64,000 bases of DNA, from contig CAWGBN010000008.1 in NCBI GenBank assembly GCA_963820825.1, forward strand, positions 288,001-352,000. Reading direction: 5' to 3'. The notes below the pieces were generated by a model. It was not told where the DNA came from. It did not search any database and saw only the letters and a list, made by a program, of their open reading frames with translations. Shown here in pieces: positions 9,586-17,938 of the stretch (position 1 is the first letter of the stretch; every line of letters begins with the position of its first letter). Both the position numbers and the translations under genes were made by a program. This stretch comes from Vulcanimicrobiota bacterium (GTDB lineage Bacteria; Vulcanimicrobiota; Vulcanimicrobiia; Vulcanimicrobiales; Vulcanimicrobiaceae).

Positions 9586-10347
9586 TCAGCGCCGCGCGAT
9601 CACTGCCCAGATGCGGTGCAGCACCGGAATCGGTTCGTTGGGAAAATCCCGTCGCACCAAAGCGGCGAGTTCGTCGTCGAAAGCGGCCACGGCGTCCGGT
9701 GCCAAGCTGGCCGCAACCCCCGCGCTCGCTCGAATTCGCCCGCGCCATCCCTCGTGCGTGTACGCAATCGTCAGGTCGAACGAAAAGCTTTCGACGTTGC
9801 CGAAGCCGGCGGTCGCCGCATCCATCAACTCGCCTGCGTGAATGCCGTTGCTGCCGCCCATCTTCCATTGCGGATTGTGCCGCTCGATGAGACGCTCCGT
9901 CGCGTCGGCGACGTTGCCGCGCAGCGGAATCCAGTCGAGATGCGCGAGAAGCAGACGCCCGCCGGGAACGAGCACTCGATGCGCTTGCGCGGCGACGCGC
10001 GGCCGATCGAACCAGTGCCAGCACTGACCGGCAGAGACCACGTCGAAGCTCGCGTCGGAAAACGGCAGCTCTTCCGCGAGCGCTTCGACGTATTGCACCT
10101 CGACGCCGGCGGCTGCATCGAGCTCGCGCGCCCGATCGAGCAACGCGGTCGATCGATCCAAGCCCACGGCCTTGCATCCACGAAGCGCAAAACCGCGCGC
10201 CAGCGTTCCCGTGCCCGTGCCGAGATCGAGCACGCGATCGTTACGGTGCACTGCGGCCAGTGCGAATACCCGATCGAAGAATGCCTCGGGGAAGCCGGCT
10301 CGGTGGCGTCCGTAGTCGCCGGCCGTTTTACCGAAGTCGACGTTCAC
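9586..10347 (-). CDS. Class I SAM-dependent methyltransferase
   Basis: VLDLGTGTG, LPFSDASFDVV, RVLVPGG. Confidence 0.92.
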   Translation of the reverse strand: MNVDFGKTAGDYGRHRAGFPEAFFDRVFALAAVHRNDRVLDLGTGTGTLARGFALRGCKAVGLDRSTALLDRARELDAAAGVEVQYVEALAEELPFSDASFDVVSAGQCWHWFDRPRVAAQAHRVLVPGGRLLLAHLDWIPLRGNVADATERLIERHNPQWKMGGSNGIHAGELMDAATAGFGNVESFSFDLTIAYTHEGWRGRIRASAGVAASLAPDAVAAFDDELAALVRRDFPNEPIPVLHRIWAVIARR

Positions 10348-11408
10348 AGCCGGGCGATAACTGCCTCGGTGAAGGCATCGGTGGAAAGCGGTTCCGACGA
10401 GCCGCCGGCAAGCTCGGCGGTGCGTAAACCGTCGGCGTAGGTGCGTTCGATCGCGCCTTCGATGCGCGCGGCGCTCGGCTCGTCGTCGAGCGAATGGCGC
10501 AGCAGCATCGCCGCGGAGAGAATCGCCGCGGTCGGATTGGCGACGTTTGCGCCCGCGAGCGACGGAGCCGTTCCGCCGATGGGCTCGTAGAGCCCGAACT
10601 GCCGCCCCGGAGCGCCTCGCGCCCCCAGACTCGCGCTCGGCAGCGTGCCGATCGATCCGGTGAGAATCGCCGCCTCGTCGGAGAGAATGTCGCCGAACAT
10701 ATTCTCGGTGACGATCACGTCGAAGTCCCCCGGACGCGCGACGAGCTGCATCGCGGCGGTGTCGACGAGCAGGTGGTCGAGCCGCACGTCGGGATACTCG
10801 CTTGCGAGCGCGTTGACGACGCGCCGCCAGAGTCTCGAGGTCTCGAGAATGTTCTGCTTGTCGACCGAGGTGAGGTGTTTACGGCGCACGCGGGCGAGCT
10901 CGAAGGCAATCCGCGCGATCCGCGCGATCTCCGGCTCGCGATAGATCATCGTATCGACTGCCTCGTCGATGCCGTCGACGTTGCGCTGCTCTTTCGGCCG
11001 GCCGTAATAGATGCCGCCGGTGAGCTCGCGCACCACGAGCAGATCGAGCCCGCGTACGAGCTGCGGCTTGAGCGGCGAGGCTTCTTCGAGGCCCGGGAAG
11101 ACGCGCACCGGCCGAAGGTTCGCGTAGAGCTCGAAATCCCGCCGCAGAAGAAAGAGCGCGTACTCGGGGCGCTCCGGCAGCGGCTTGCCGTCGTACTGCG
11201 GAAGACCGACGCTACCGAAGAGAATCGCGTCGGCGCGCTCGCAGAGCGCGCGGGTCTCGTCGGGAAGTGCGGGCAATCCGGCGGCGAGTGCCGCACCGCC
11301 GACCAACGCTTCGCGCGCATCTACGTCGGGGCGTACGCAACGCAAGACGCGGACCGCCGCGCGCGTGACCTCGGGGCCGATTCCGTCCCCGGGCAGGACC
11401 GCGATCAA
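10344..11408 (-). CDS. leuB: 3-isopropylmalate dehydrogenase
   Basis: LPGDGIGPEV, RELTGGIYYG, NMFGDILSDEA. Confidence 0.95.
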   Translation of the reverse strand: MIAVLPGDGIGPEVTRAAVRVLRCVRPDVDAREALVGGAALAAGLPALPDETRALCERADAILFGSVGLPQYDGKPLPERPEYALFLLRRDFELYANLRPVRVFPGLEEASPLKPQLVRGLDLLVVRELTGGIYYGRPKEQRNVDGIDEAVDTMIYREPEIARIARIAFELARVRRKHLTSVDKQNILETSRLWRRVVNALASEYPDVRLDHLLVDTAAMQLVARPGDFDVIVTENMFGDILSDEAAILTGSIGTLPSASLGARGAPGRQFGLYEPIGGTAPSLAGANVANPTAAILSAAMLLRHSLDDEPSAARIEGAIERTYADGLRTAELAGGSSEPLSTDAFTEAVIARL

Positions 11409-11956
11409 TAGACGGTGATGCGGGTCGTATCGTCCTTGCGCGGCGCTTCCTTCGGAGGCTCGGGCTCGGGCGGCGTCACGACGCTCTGCGGCGCGCCGTT
11501 GACCGCGTTGCCGTCGATGCGTTCGAGCAGCGCCAAATGCGTCATCAGCAGACTGCGCAGTTCGCTGCGGGTCTTCTCCGCGGCTTCGATCGACCGCTGA
11601 TGCTCGCGCCGCACCTCGGCGATCGCGTCGTTATAGCCGGCAATCTCTTTCTCGCCGGCCAGGCGCGCCTGCTCGCGAATCAGATCGGCCTCTTTATGCG
11701 CCGACGCCTTGACCTCGTCGGCGGTGCGCTGCGCAAGCACGAGCGTATTCTGCAGCGACTCTTCCATCGCTTTGAAATGGCTGATGCGTTCTTTGAGATC
11801 GGCGATATCCGCTTCGAGCGCGGCGCGATGCTGCGCTTCGTCCTCGAGCGTCTCGATGATTTCGTCGAGGAACGCATCGACGTCGGCGCGCTCGTATCCC
11901 TGGAGCGCCTTCTTGAAGGTCTTGTGCTGAATGTCGACCGGGGTGATCTTCTGCAT
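11405..11956 (-). CDS. divIVA: DivIVA family protein
   Basis: ITPVDIQHKTF...GY...VDAFL, coiled coil, LVLAQRTADEVK. Confidence 0.92.
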   Translation of the reverse strand: MQKITPVDIQHKTFKKALQGYERADVDAFLDEIIETLEDEAQHRAALEADIADLKERISHFKAMEESLQNTLVLAQRTADEVKASAHKEADLIREQARLAGEKEIAGYNDAIAEVRREHQRSIEAAEKTRSELRSLLMTHLALLERIDGNAVNGAPQSVVTPPEPEPPKEAPRKDDTTRITVY

Positions 11957-11966
11957 CTTTTATATC

Positions 11967-12377
11967 CTACGGGCGGTTGGCCATGAAATCGAACGTACCG
12001 TCGGCCGCCATCGAATCGCGCAAGCCCGCGGCGTTGACGACGATGCCGGCCGGAACGACGAGATAGATCGACTCGGCAAGCTTTTGGATCTTGCCGTCGA
12101 TCGTATACGCAACGCCGGAGGTGAAGTCGACGACGCGCTGCAAGAGGGTGCGGTCCGCGTTCTGCAAGTTGACGATGACGACCTGACGGTTTCTCAAGGC
12201 ATCGGCGATTTCGACGACGTCCTGATAACTCCGCGGTGAGAAGACGCTTACTTGATTGCCGCCGCGCCGCGCTGCGGCCGAGAGCGGCACGACGCGCGAC
12301 GAGGTCTCGTCCTCGTAGAATTCGTCCTCTTCATCGCGGATCGAAAAGAACGACCCAATCTTGCTGAACATACTCAC
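11967..12377 (-). CDS. sepF: Cell division protein SepF
   Basis: PRSY....IADAL...VIVNL, RVVDFTSG..Y..DG..QK. Confidence 0.93.
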   Translation of the reverse strand: MSMFSKIGSFFSIRDEEDEFYEDETSSRVVPLSAAARRGGNQVSVFSPRSYQDVVEIADALRNRQVVIVNLQNADRTLLQRVVDFTSGVAYTIDGKIQKLAESIYLVVPAGIVVNAAGLRDSMAADGTFDFMANRP

Positions 12378-12387
12378 AGCGTAACCT

Positions 12388-12408
12388 TCCTTCGACTCAG
12401 CTCAGGAT
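12388..12408 (-). repeat. Degenerate palindromic repeat at the yggS/sepF junction
   Basis: Minus strand reads ATCCTGAGCTGAGTCGAAGGA, matching the core of the other copies. Confidence 0.55.
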
Positions 12409-13064
12409 CGCGAACCAAAGAGCGCTTCGCCGATGCGTACCATCGTAGAGCCTGCCTGCACCGCTTCGCGCCAATCGCCCGACATGCCGATCGAGAGCGT
12501 ACTTCCACCAATGCGGGCCAACGTCATGGCTGCAAGCTCGAATGCGCGCAAGATTGCATCGCGGTCGGCGCCGAGCGGCCCGATCGCCATGATCCCATCG
12601 AGGCGCAGGCCCGGCTGCTCGCGCAGCGCCTCGGCGAGCCGCTCGGCCTCGGCGGGCGGACAGCCGAAACGCTCGATCGGCGAGATATTGAGTTGCATCA
12701 GCACGGGCAGCTCCTTTCCAGCCTCGACCGCCGCCTTCGCGAGCGCCGCTCCGGCGTTCGCGCGGTCGACGCTCTGCACGACGTCGAATGCATCGACGAC
12801 TGCCTTGGCTTTGTTGGTCTGGAGATGGCCGACGAAGTGCTTACGCACCGGCGGCAGCGATGCAAATTTGCGGCGTGCCTCCTGCAGGTAGTTCTCGCCG
12901 AGATCGGTCAGCCCAGCGTCGATCGCGGCTGCGATCGTCTCAACCGGTTGCCCCTTACCGATTCCGACCAGGGTGACGCCGGCGGGATCGCGGCCGCAGC
13001 GGCGGGCCTCATCGTCGATCGCGCGGCGCAGCGCCCGATACCGCTCGCCGGCGCCCTCAGCCAC
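12402..13064 (-). CDS. yggS: PLP homeostasis protein YggS
   Basis: GENYLQE, HFVGHLQTNK, LSIGMSGD, GSTMVRIG; GTG start overlaps the lgt stop. Confidence 0.93.
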   Translation of the reverse strand: MAEGAGERYRALRRAIDDEARRCGRDPAGVTLVGIGKGQPVETIAAAIDAGLTDLGENYLQEARRKFASLPPVRKHFVGHLQTNKAKAVVDAFDVVQSVDRANAGAALAKAAVEAGKELPVLMQLNISPIERFGCPPAEAERLAEALREQPGLRLDGIMAIGPLGADRDAILRAFELAAMTLARIGGSTLSIGMSGDWREAVQAGSTMVRIGEALFGSRS

Positions 13065-13917
13065 GCGCCGGCTGCGCCGGGACCGGAGCAACTTCGGTTC
13101 GCGGACCCGGGCGCGTCGCGCAGTAGGCGATGCCGATGATGCCGATGACGATCATCGGCAGGGCGTAGAGCTGCCCGCCGGTGAGGCCCATGAAGCTAAA
13201 CGCCGTCTGGCGCCACATCTCGGCGATCGTTCGGGTGATGCCGTAGAGCGTGAACCAGGTCCACGCGACGACGCCGTCCTTGGGCTTGAGCCGGTAGAGG
13301 ATCAGCAGAATCGGCAGCGTCAAGATATCGAGAATCGCCTCGTAGATCTGCGAGGGATGACGGTAGACGCCGACGCCGTTGACCGTCGGCGCCGAAGGGA
13401 AGACCATGCACCAGGGCCGGTCGGGGCTGCAGACGTCGCCCCAGAGCTCGTCGTTGATGAAGTTCACGATCCGGACGAGGGTGATGCCGACCGGCAGCAT
13501 CATCACGACCTCGTCGGCCAGGACGATATACTTCAATCCCGGATGCTTGCGAATGAAGAGCCAGAGCGCCACCACAACGCCGACGAGGCCGCCGTGGAAG
13601 GCCATGCCGCCGTTCCAGACCGCGATAAAATTGATCGGATTCGAAACGTAGAACGAGGCGTCGTGCATGCTGATGATGTCGTTGATGACGAAGAACGTTC
13701 GTCCGCCGACGAGCACGCCGACCAGCGCGTAAAAGAGGAAATCCTGAATCTGCTCCCGGGTGAGCCCGAGGCGCCTGCGCCCGGCCGGACGGCTCATCCA
13801 CAGGTAGACGCAGAGAAACGCAACCAGATAGGCGATTCCGTACCAGTGAATGCCGAAGCGCCCGAGATGGATCGCGACGGGGTCGATGTTTGTCGGATAG
13901 GTAAACCAGTGCTGCAT
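13057..13917 (-). CDS. lgt: Prolipoprotein diacylglyceryl transferase
   Basis: HWYG, GGMAFHGG, R..NFINDELWG, RHPSQIYE. Confidence 0.95.
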   Translation of the reverse strand: MQHWFTYPTNIDPVAIHLGRFGIHWYGIAYLVAFLCVYLWMSRPAGRRRLGLTREQIQDFLFYALVGVLVGGRTFFVINDIISMHDASFYVSNPINFIAVWNGGMAFHGGLVGVVVALWLFIRKHPGLKYIVLADEVVMMLPVGITLVRIVNFINDELWGDVCSPDRPWCMVFPSAPTVNGVGVYRHPSQIYEAILDILTLPILLILYRLKPKDGVVAWTWFTLYGITRTIAEMWRQTAFSFMGLTGGQLYALPMIVIGIIGIAYCATRPGPRTEVAPVPAQPARG

Positions 13918-13936
13918 TACAAACCACTATCGGCGC

Positions 13937-14668
13937 ATGACCGCGACGACGCATATTACCGCCGGCATCGCCTTCCTTGCGGGCCTCGTTTCCTTCGTCT
14001 CCCCGTGCGTCCTCCCGCTCGTGCCGGCGTACCTTTCGTTGCTGACGGGGGAGAGCGTCGAAGATCTCCAGACCGAGCCGACGGCGCAGGCAAGGATTCA
14101 AACGCTCGCACACGCCGTCGCGTTCGTCATCGGCTTTAGCCTCATCTTCATCGCGCTCGGCCTGAGCGCCAGCGCGCTTGGCGGCGCGCTCGCCGCCAAC
14201 CGCGTCCTTATCGCGCAGATCGGCGGCGTGATCGTCGTCGTGCTCGGCCTGCACATGATGGGGATGATCCGGATTCCCTGGCTCATGATGGATGCCCGGC
14301 TGCACCTCACCCACGATCGCGCTACCTTTTGGACCTCCGGCATCGTCGGAATGGCCTTCGCGGCGGGCTGGTCGCCGTGCATCGGACCGATTCTGGCGGG
14401 AATTCTCGCGATTGCGTCGCAGCAGCATAGCGCGCAAGCCGCGCTTCTGCTCGTCTTCTACTGCCTCGGTCTCGCCGTGCCGTTTCTCATTACCGCCGGC
14501 GCCGTCGGTGCCGTGCTGCCCTTGCTGCGCCGCATTCGGCCGTCGTTACGAGCGATCGAGTTCGGCGCGGGCGCATTTCTGATCGTCGTCGGATTGGTAC
14601 TTGTCAACGATGCATTCCTCAACGTCGCCGGATGGTTCTACCAATTTGTCCCGCAACCGAAACTCTAA
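13937..14668 (+). CDS. ccdA: CcdA/DsbD-beta thiol-disulfide transporter
   Basis: SFVSPCVLPLVPAY and GWSPCIGPIL. Confidence 0.92.
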   Translation: MTATTHITAGIAFLAGLVSFVSPCVLPLVPAYLSLLTGESVEDLQTEPTAQARIQTLAHAVAFVIGFSLIFIALGLSASALGGALAANRVLIAQIGGVIVVVLGLHMMGMIRIPWLMMDARLHLTHDRATFWTSGIVGMAFAAGWSPCIGPILAGILAIASQQHSAQAALLLVFYCLGLAVPFLITAGAVGAVLPLLRRIRPSLRAIEFGAGAFLIVVGLVLVNDAFLNVAGWFYQFVPQPKL

Positions 14669-15134
14669 CTTAATCAACAGCCTCGTTATCGCCGCGGTCG
14701 CGGTATTGGTCCTATGGGCCGATCAGGTGACGAAGCGGATGATCGCGAGGGAGTGCGTGCCGGACTTCCCGGCCTGCCGCACGGTCATTCCGCACTTCTT
14801 GCGGATCACGTACGAACGCAACGTGCACGGCGCCTTCGGGCTCTTCGGCAACAATGCCGTGCTGCTGATCGCGATGGCGATCGTCGTTCTGGTCCTCTTC
14901 TGGTACAGCTTCCGCGACGCCGCCGCGCGCTCGCTCACGGTTCGAATCGCCTTCGGCATGATCGTCGGCGGCGCGATCGGCAATATCGTCGATCGGCTCC
15001 ACTACGGATACGTGATCGACTTCATCGACTTTTACCGAATCTGGCCGAACATCTTCAACGTCGGCGATTCGTGCATCACCGTCGGCGTCGGGTTGCTGCT
15101 GCTCTCGAGCCTTGTTACACGTCGTCACCGCTGA
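14646..15134 (+). CDS. lspA: Lipoprotein signal peptidase II
   Basis: DQVTK, N.HGAFG, GGAIGNIVDR, VIDFI, FNVGD; TTG start inferred. Confidence 0.93.
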   Translation: MSRNRNSNLINSLVIAAVAVLVLWADQVTKRMIARECVPDFPACRTVIPHFLRITYERNVHGAFGLFGNNAVLLIAMAIVVLVLFWYSFRDAAARSLTVRIAFGMIVGGAIGNIVDRLHYGYVIDFIDFYRIWPNIFNVGDSCITVGVGLLLLSSLVTRRHR

Positions 15135-16014
15135 CGAAGCGGGCACGCGCACCGACGTCCTCGTCGCCTCGCTCTCAGGCGCCTCACGAACGCAAGCGGC
15201 GCTAAGCGCCAAACGCGGCGAGGTGCTCGTCAACGGCGTTCCGGCAAAGCCGAGCACGCCGCTCGAAGCGGGCGATTCGCTCGAGTTCGACGTGCGCGAG
15301 CCGCCCGCGCTCGTCGCATATCCCGAGCCGATCGCGCTGAAGATCCTCTACGAGGACGACGACCTCCTCGTCGTCGACAAGCCCGCGGGCATGGTCACGC
15401 ATCCGGCGCATGGGACGACGAGTGGGACGCTCGTCAACGCCGTGCTCGCGCACGTTCGCGGAAATCTACCCGGCGACGTCCTGCGCCCGGGGCTCGTGCA
15501 CCGTCTCGATCGCGATACCTCCGGACTGCTCGTCGTCGCCAAGAACGACGAAAGCCTGCGCAAGCTCGGCGCTGCGATGAAAGCGCGGCGCATCGAGCGT
15601 GAGTATCTCGGGCTCGTGCGCGGCGTTCCGCAGAATCCGCGCGGCACGATCGAAGGCCCGATCGGACGCGATCCGCGCAATCGCTTCAAATATGCGATCG
15701 TCGCCGACGGCAAACCGGCGATTACGCACTACGAGCTCCGCGAAGCCTTTGCCAAACACGCCGAGCTTATCTTTCGCCTGGAGACCGGACGCACGCACCA
15801 AATCCGCGTTCACCTCGCCGCCGCCGGCTACCCGATTCTCAACGATCCGGTCTACGGCAAGAGAGAGGCGCGCTTCGAACTTCCGGGACAAGCGCTCCAC
15901 GCGTGGCGGCTCGCATTCCGTCACCCGCGTACGCGCGAGCCGATGGAGTTCGAATCCGCGCCACCCCCCGCGTATCTGCAGGCCCGCGCACTCGTGTCAT
16001 CCGGACCGGACTGA
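15112..16014 (+). CDS. RluA/RluD family pseudouridine synthase
   Basis: S4 domain, VHRLDRDTSG, ETGRTHQIRVH. Confidence 0.95.
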   Translation: MLHVVTADEAGTRTDVLVASLSGASRTQAALSAKRGEVLVNGVPAKPSTPLEAGDSLEFDVREPPALVAYPEPIALKILYEDDDLLVVDKPAGMVTHPAHGTTSGTLVNAVLAHVRGNLPGDVLRPGLVHRLDRDTSGLLVVAKNDESLRKLGAAMKARRIEREYLGLVRGVPQNPRGTIEGPIGRDPRNRFKYAIVADGKPAITHYELREAFAKHAELIFRLETGRTHQIRVHLAAAGYPILNDPVYGKREARFELPGQALHAWRLAFRHPRTREPMEFESAPPPAYLQARALVSSGPD

Positions 16015-16113
16015 AGCTGTGCCGCGGAGAATAGCACATAGTGCAACCAGACGACCCGCTCTTGGACCCTGCGTTTCGCGCGCGCGCACAACGGCGGATT
16101 CGAGGCACACGCG

Positions 16114-16469
16114 ATGGAACTGAACAGCGACTTCAGCGATCTGTTGCGCGCGTTCTTAAGCGCCGGCGTTGAGTTTCTGGTCGTCGGCGCTCACGCGTTG
16201 AGCGTCCACGATCGCGCTCGGGCAACCAAGGATCTGGACGTTTGGATCAGATCGGTGTTGCCCCAATACGCATCGACGTGCTGACCTCGATCACCGGCGT
16301 GACGTTCGACGAAGCGTGGCCGAGTCGAATCGAAGTCGAACGAGATGGAATGATCGTGCCGGTTATCGGCGCTGAAGAATTCCTAAGGAACAAAGAAGCG
16401 ACCGGGCGCGACCAAGACCGCGTCGACGCGAGGCGCGTGCGCCGGCGCCTCGGCCGCGACCAAGACTAG
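16114..16469 (+). pseudogene. Nucleotidyltransferase (MNT-like) with internal deletion and frameshift
   Basis: MELNSDFSDLL...VVGAHA...RATKDLDVWIR in one frame joins QIGVAPIRIDVLT...NKEATGRDQD in another frame at ~16248. Confidence 0.75.
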
Positions 16470-16472
16470 CTG

Positions 16473-17564
16473 GTGACGCCTGGATTTACTCTTCTAACGC
16501 GCGATGGCGGGGCGCGGCGCGGGCGCCTGCGATTCGCACACGGCGACGTCGAAACGCCGTGCTTCATGCCGGTCGGCACAGCGGCGACGGTCAAAGGGCT
16601 GACGCCTGCGGAGCTGCGCGAGGCGCAGGCGCAGATCGTCCTGGCGAACACGTATCATCTCTGGCTTCGCCCGGGTCTCGAGACGCTCGAGCACGCCGGT
16701 GGGCTCCATCGCTTCATGGCCTGGGATCGTCCGATACTTACCGATTCGGGCGGCTTTCAAGTCTTCAGTCTTGAGAGCCGGCGCCGCCTCGACGACGACG
16801 GCGTAACGTTCGCGTCGCACCTCGACGGCAGCGAGCATCGGTTTACGCCGGAGAACGTCGTCGCGTTTCAGCAGCGCATCGGCAGCGACGTTGCGATGGT
16901 GCTCGACGTCTGCGTAAAGTTGCCGGCGACGCGCGAGCAACTCGAAGAGGCGGTGCGCTTGACGACCGCGTGGGCGCGCCGTTGCGCGGCCGCTCCGGCG
17001 CGCGACGCAACGCGGCTCTTTGCGATCGTCCAGGGCGGCCTCGATCGCGCCTTGCGCGAGCGCAGTGCGCGCGAGCTCGTCGAACTCGACTTCCCCGGCT
17101 ATGCGATCGGCGGTCTCTCGGTCGGCGAGACGCGCGAAGAGATGTACGAGACCGCTGCCTTCACCGCCGCGCTTCTGCCCGAGGAGAAGCCGCGCTACTT
17201 GATGGGCGTCGGAACGGTACGAGATCTGATCTCGGCGATCGACGGCGGCATCGATCTCTTCGATTCGGTCTACCCCACCCGCTGCGGCCGCAACGGCCGC
17301 GCGATGACCCACGGCGGCGAGCTGAATCTCTTCAACGCTCGGTTCGTGCGCGACACGACGCAGCTCGATCCCCAGTGCGACTGCTCGACCTGCACCACGT
17401 ATTCACGCGCCTATCTCGCGCACTGCTTTCGGGCGAAGGAGATGCTCGGACCGCGTCTGCTCTCCTACCATAACGTCTACTTCCTCAACGCGCTCATGCG
17501 CGAGGCTCGCGCGGCGATCGAGTCGCGCGGTTGGGAGCGATTCCGCGAAGAAACGGGCGCTTAG
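16473..17564 (+). CDS. tgt: tRNA-guanine(34) transglycosylase
   Basis: FMPVGT, TDSGGFQ, GGLSVGE, YLMGVG, CDC..C zinc site. Confidence 0.97.
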   Translation: MTPGFTLLTRDGGARRGRLRFAHGDVETPCFMPVGTAATVKGLTPAELREAQAQIVLANTYHLWLRPGLETLEHAGGLHRFMAWDRPILTDSGGFQVFSLESRRRLDDDGVTFASHLDGSEHRFTPENVVAFQQRIGSDVAMVLDVCVKLPATREQLEEAVRLTTAWARRCAAAPARDATRLFAIVQGGLDRALRERSARELVELDFPGYAIGGLSVGETREEMYETAAFTAALLPEEKPRYLMGVGTVRDLISAIDGGIDLFDSVYPTRCGRNGRAMTHGGELNLFNARFVRDTTQLDPQCDCSTCTTYSRAYLAHCFRAKEMLGPRLLSYHNVYFLNALMREARAAIESRGWERFREETGA

Positions 17565-17938
17565 GGCGCCGGAGGCGATTCGGCCTCGCCGAGGCGCGGC
17601 GCGACGTTACGCAATATCCTCGCGCTCTCATCGGCTGCCGACTTGGCCGACTCCGCGATCTTGCGCGTCTGCTGCACCTCTTTTTCGAGGCGGTCGAGCG
17701 TCACCGTTACGGAGTCTTTGCCGATCGTCACCGACTTCACGAGTGGGACGATCGCAGGCAAGATCAAGAAGAGGACCGCGACCGCGATATAGACCAGCGT
17801 CGTGCCGTCGATCGTGAGTCCGTTATTCGTCGTTCGCGCCCAGCAGAGATAGATGAGGACGCCTGCGCCCGCCACGAGCCAGAACGTTCCCCAGAGCGAC
17901 AATCTGTGCTGGTCGCCGCCGTTTGCACCATTAGCCAT
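17561..17938 (-). CDS. Hypothetical two-TM protein with C-terminal coiled coil
   Basis: Two hydrophobic segments; start overlaps the ileS stop. Confidence 0.6.
   Translation of the reverse strand: MANGANGGDQHRLSLWGTFWLVAGAGVLIYLCWARTTNNGLTIDGTTLVYIAVAVLFLILPAIVPLVKSVTIGKDSVTVTLDRLEKEVQQTRKIAESAKSAADESARILRNVAPRLGEAESPPAP

Noticed and set aside
15975..16014. GTGTCATCCGGA at the rluA end (and GCCCACGGTGACA near 34115) as further palindromic-repeat copies
   Set aside because: Only 7-8 nt match and no GAGC..GTCGA core; cannot be told from chance.
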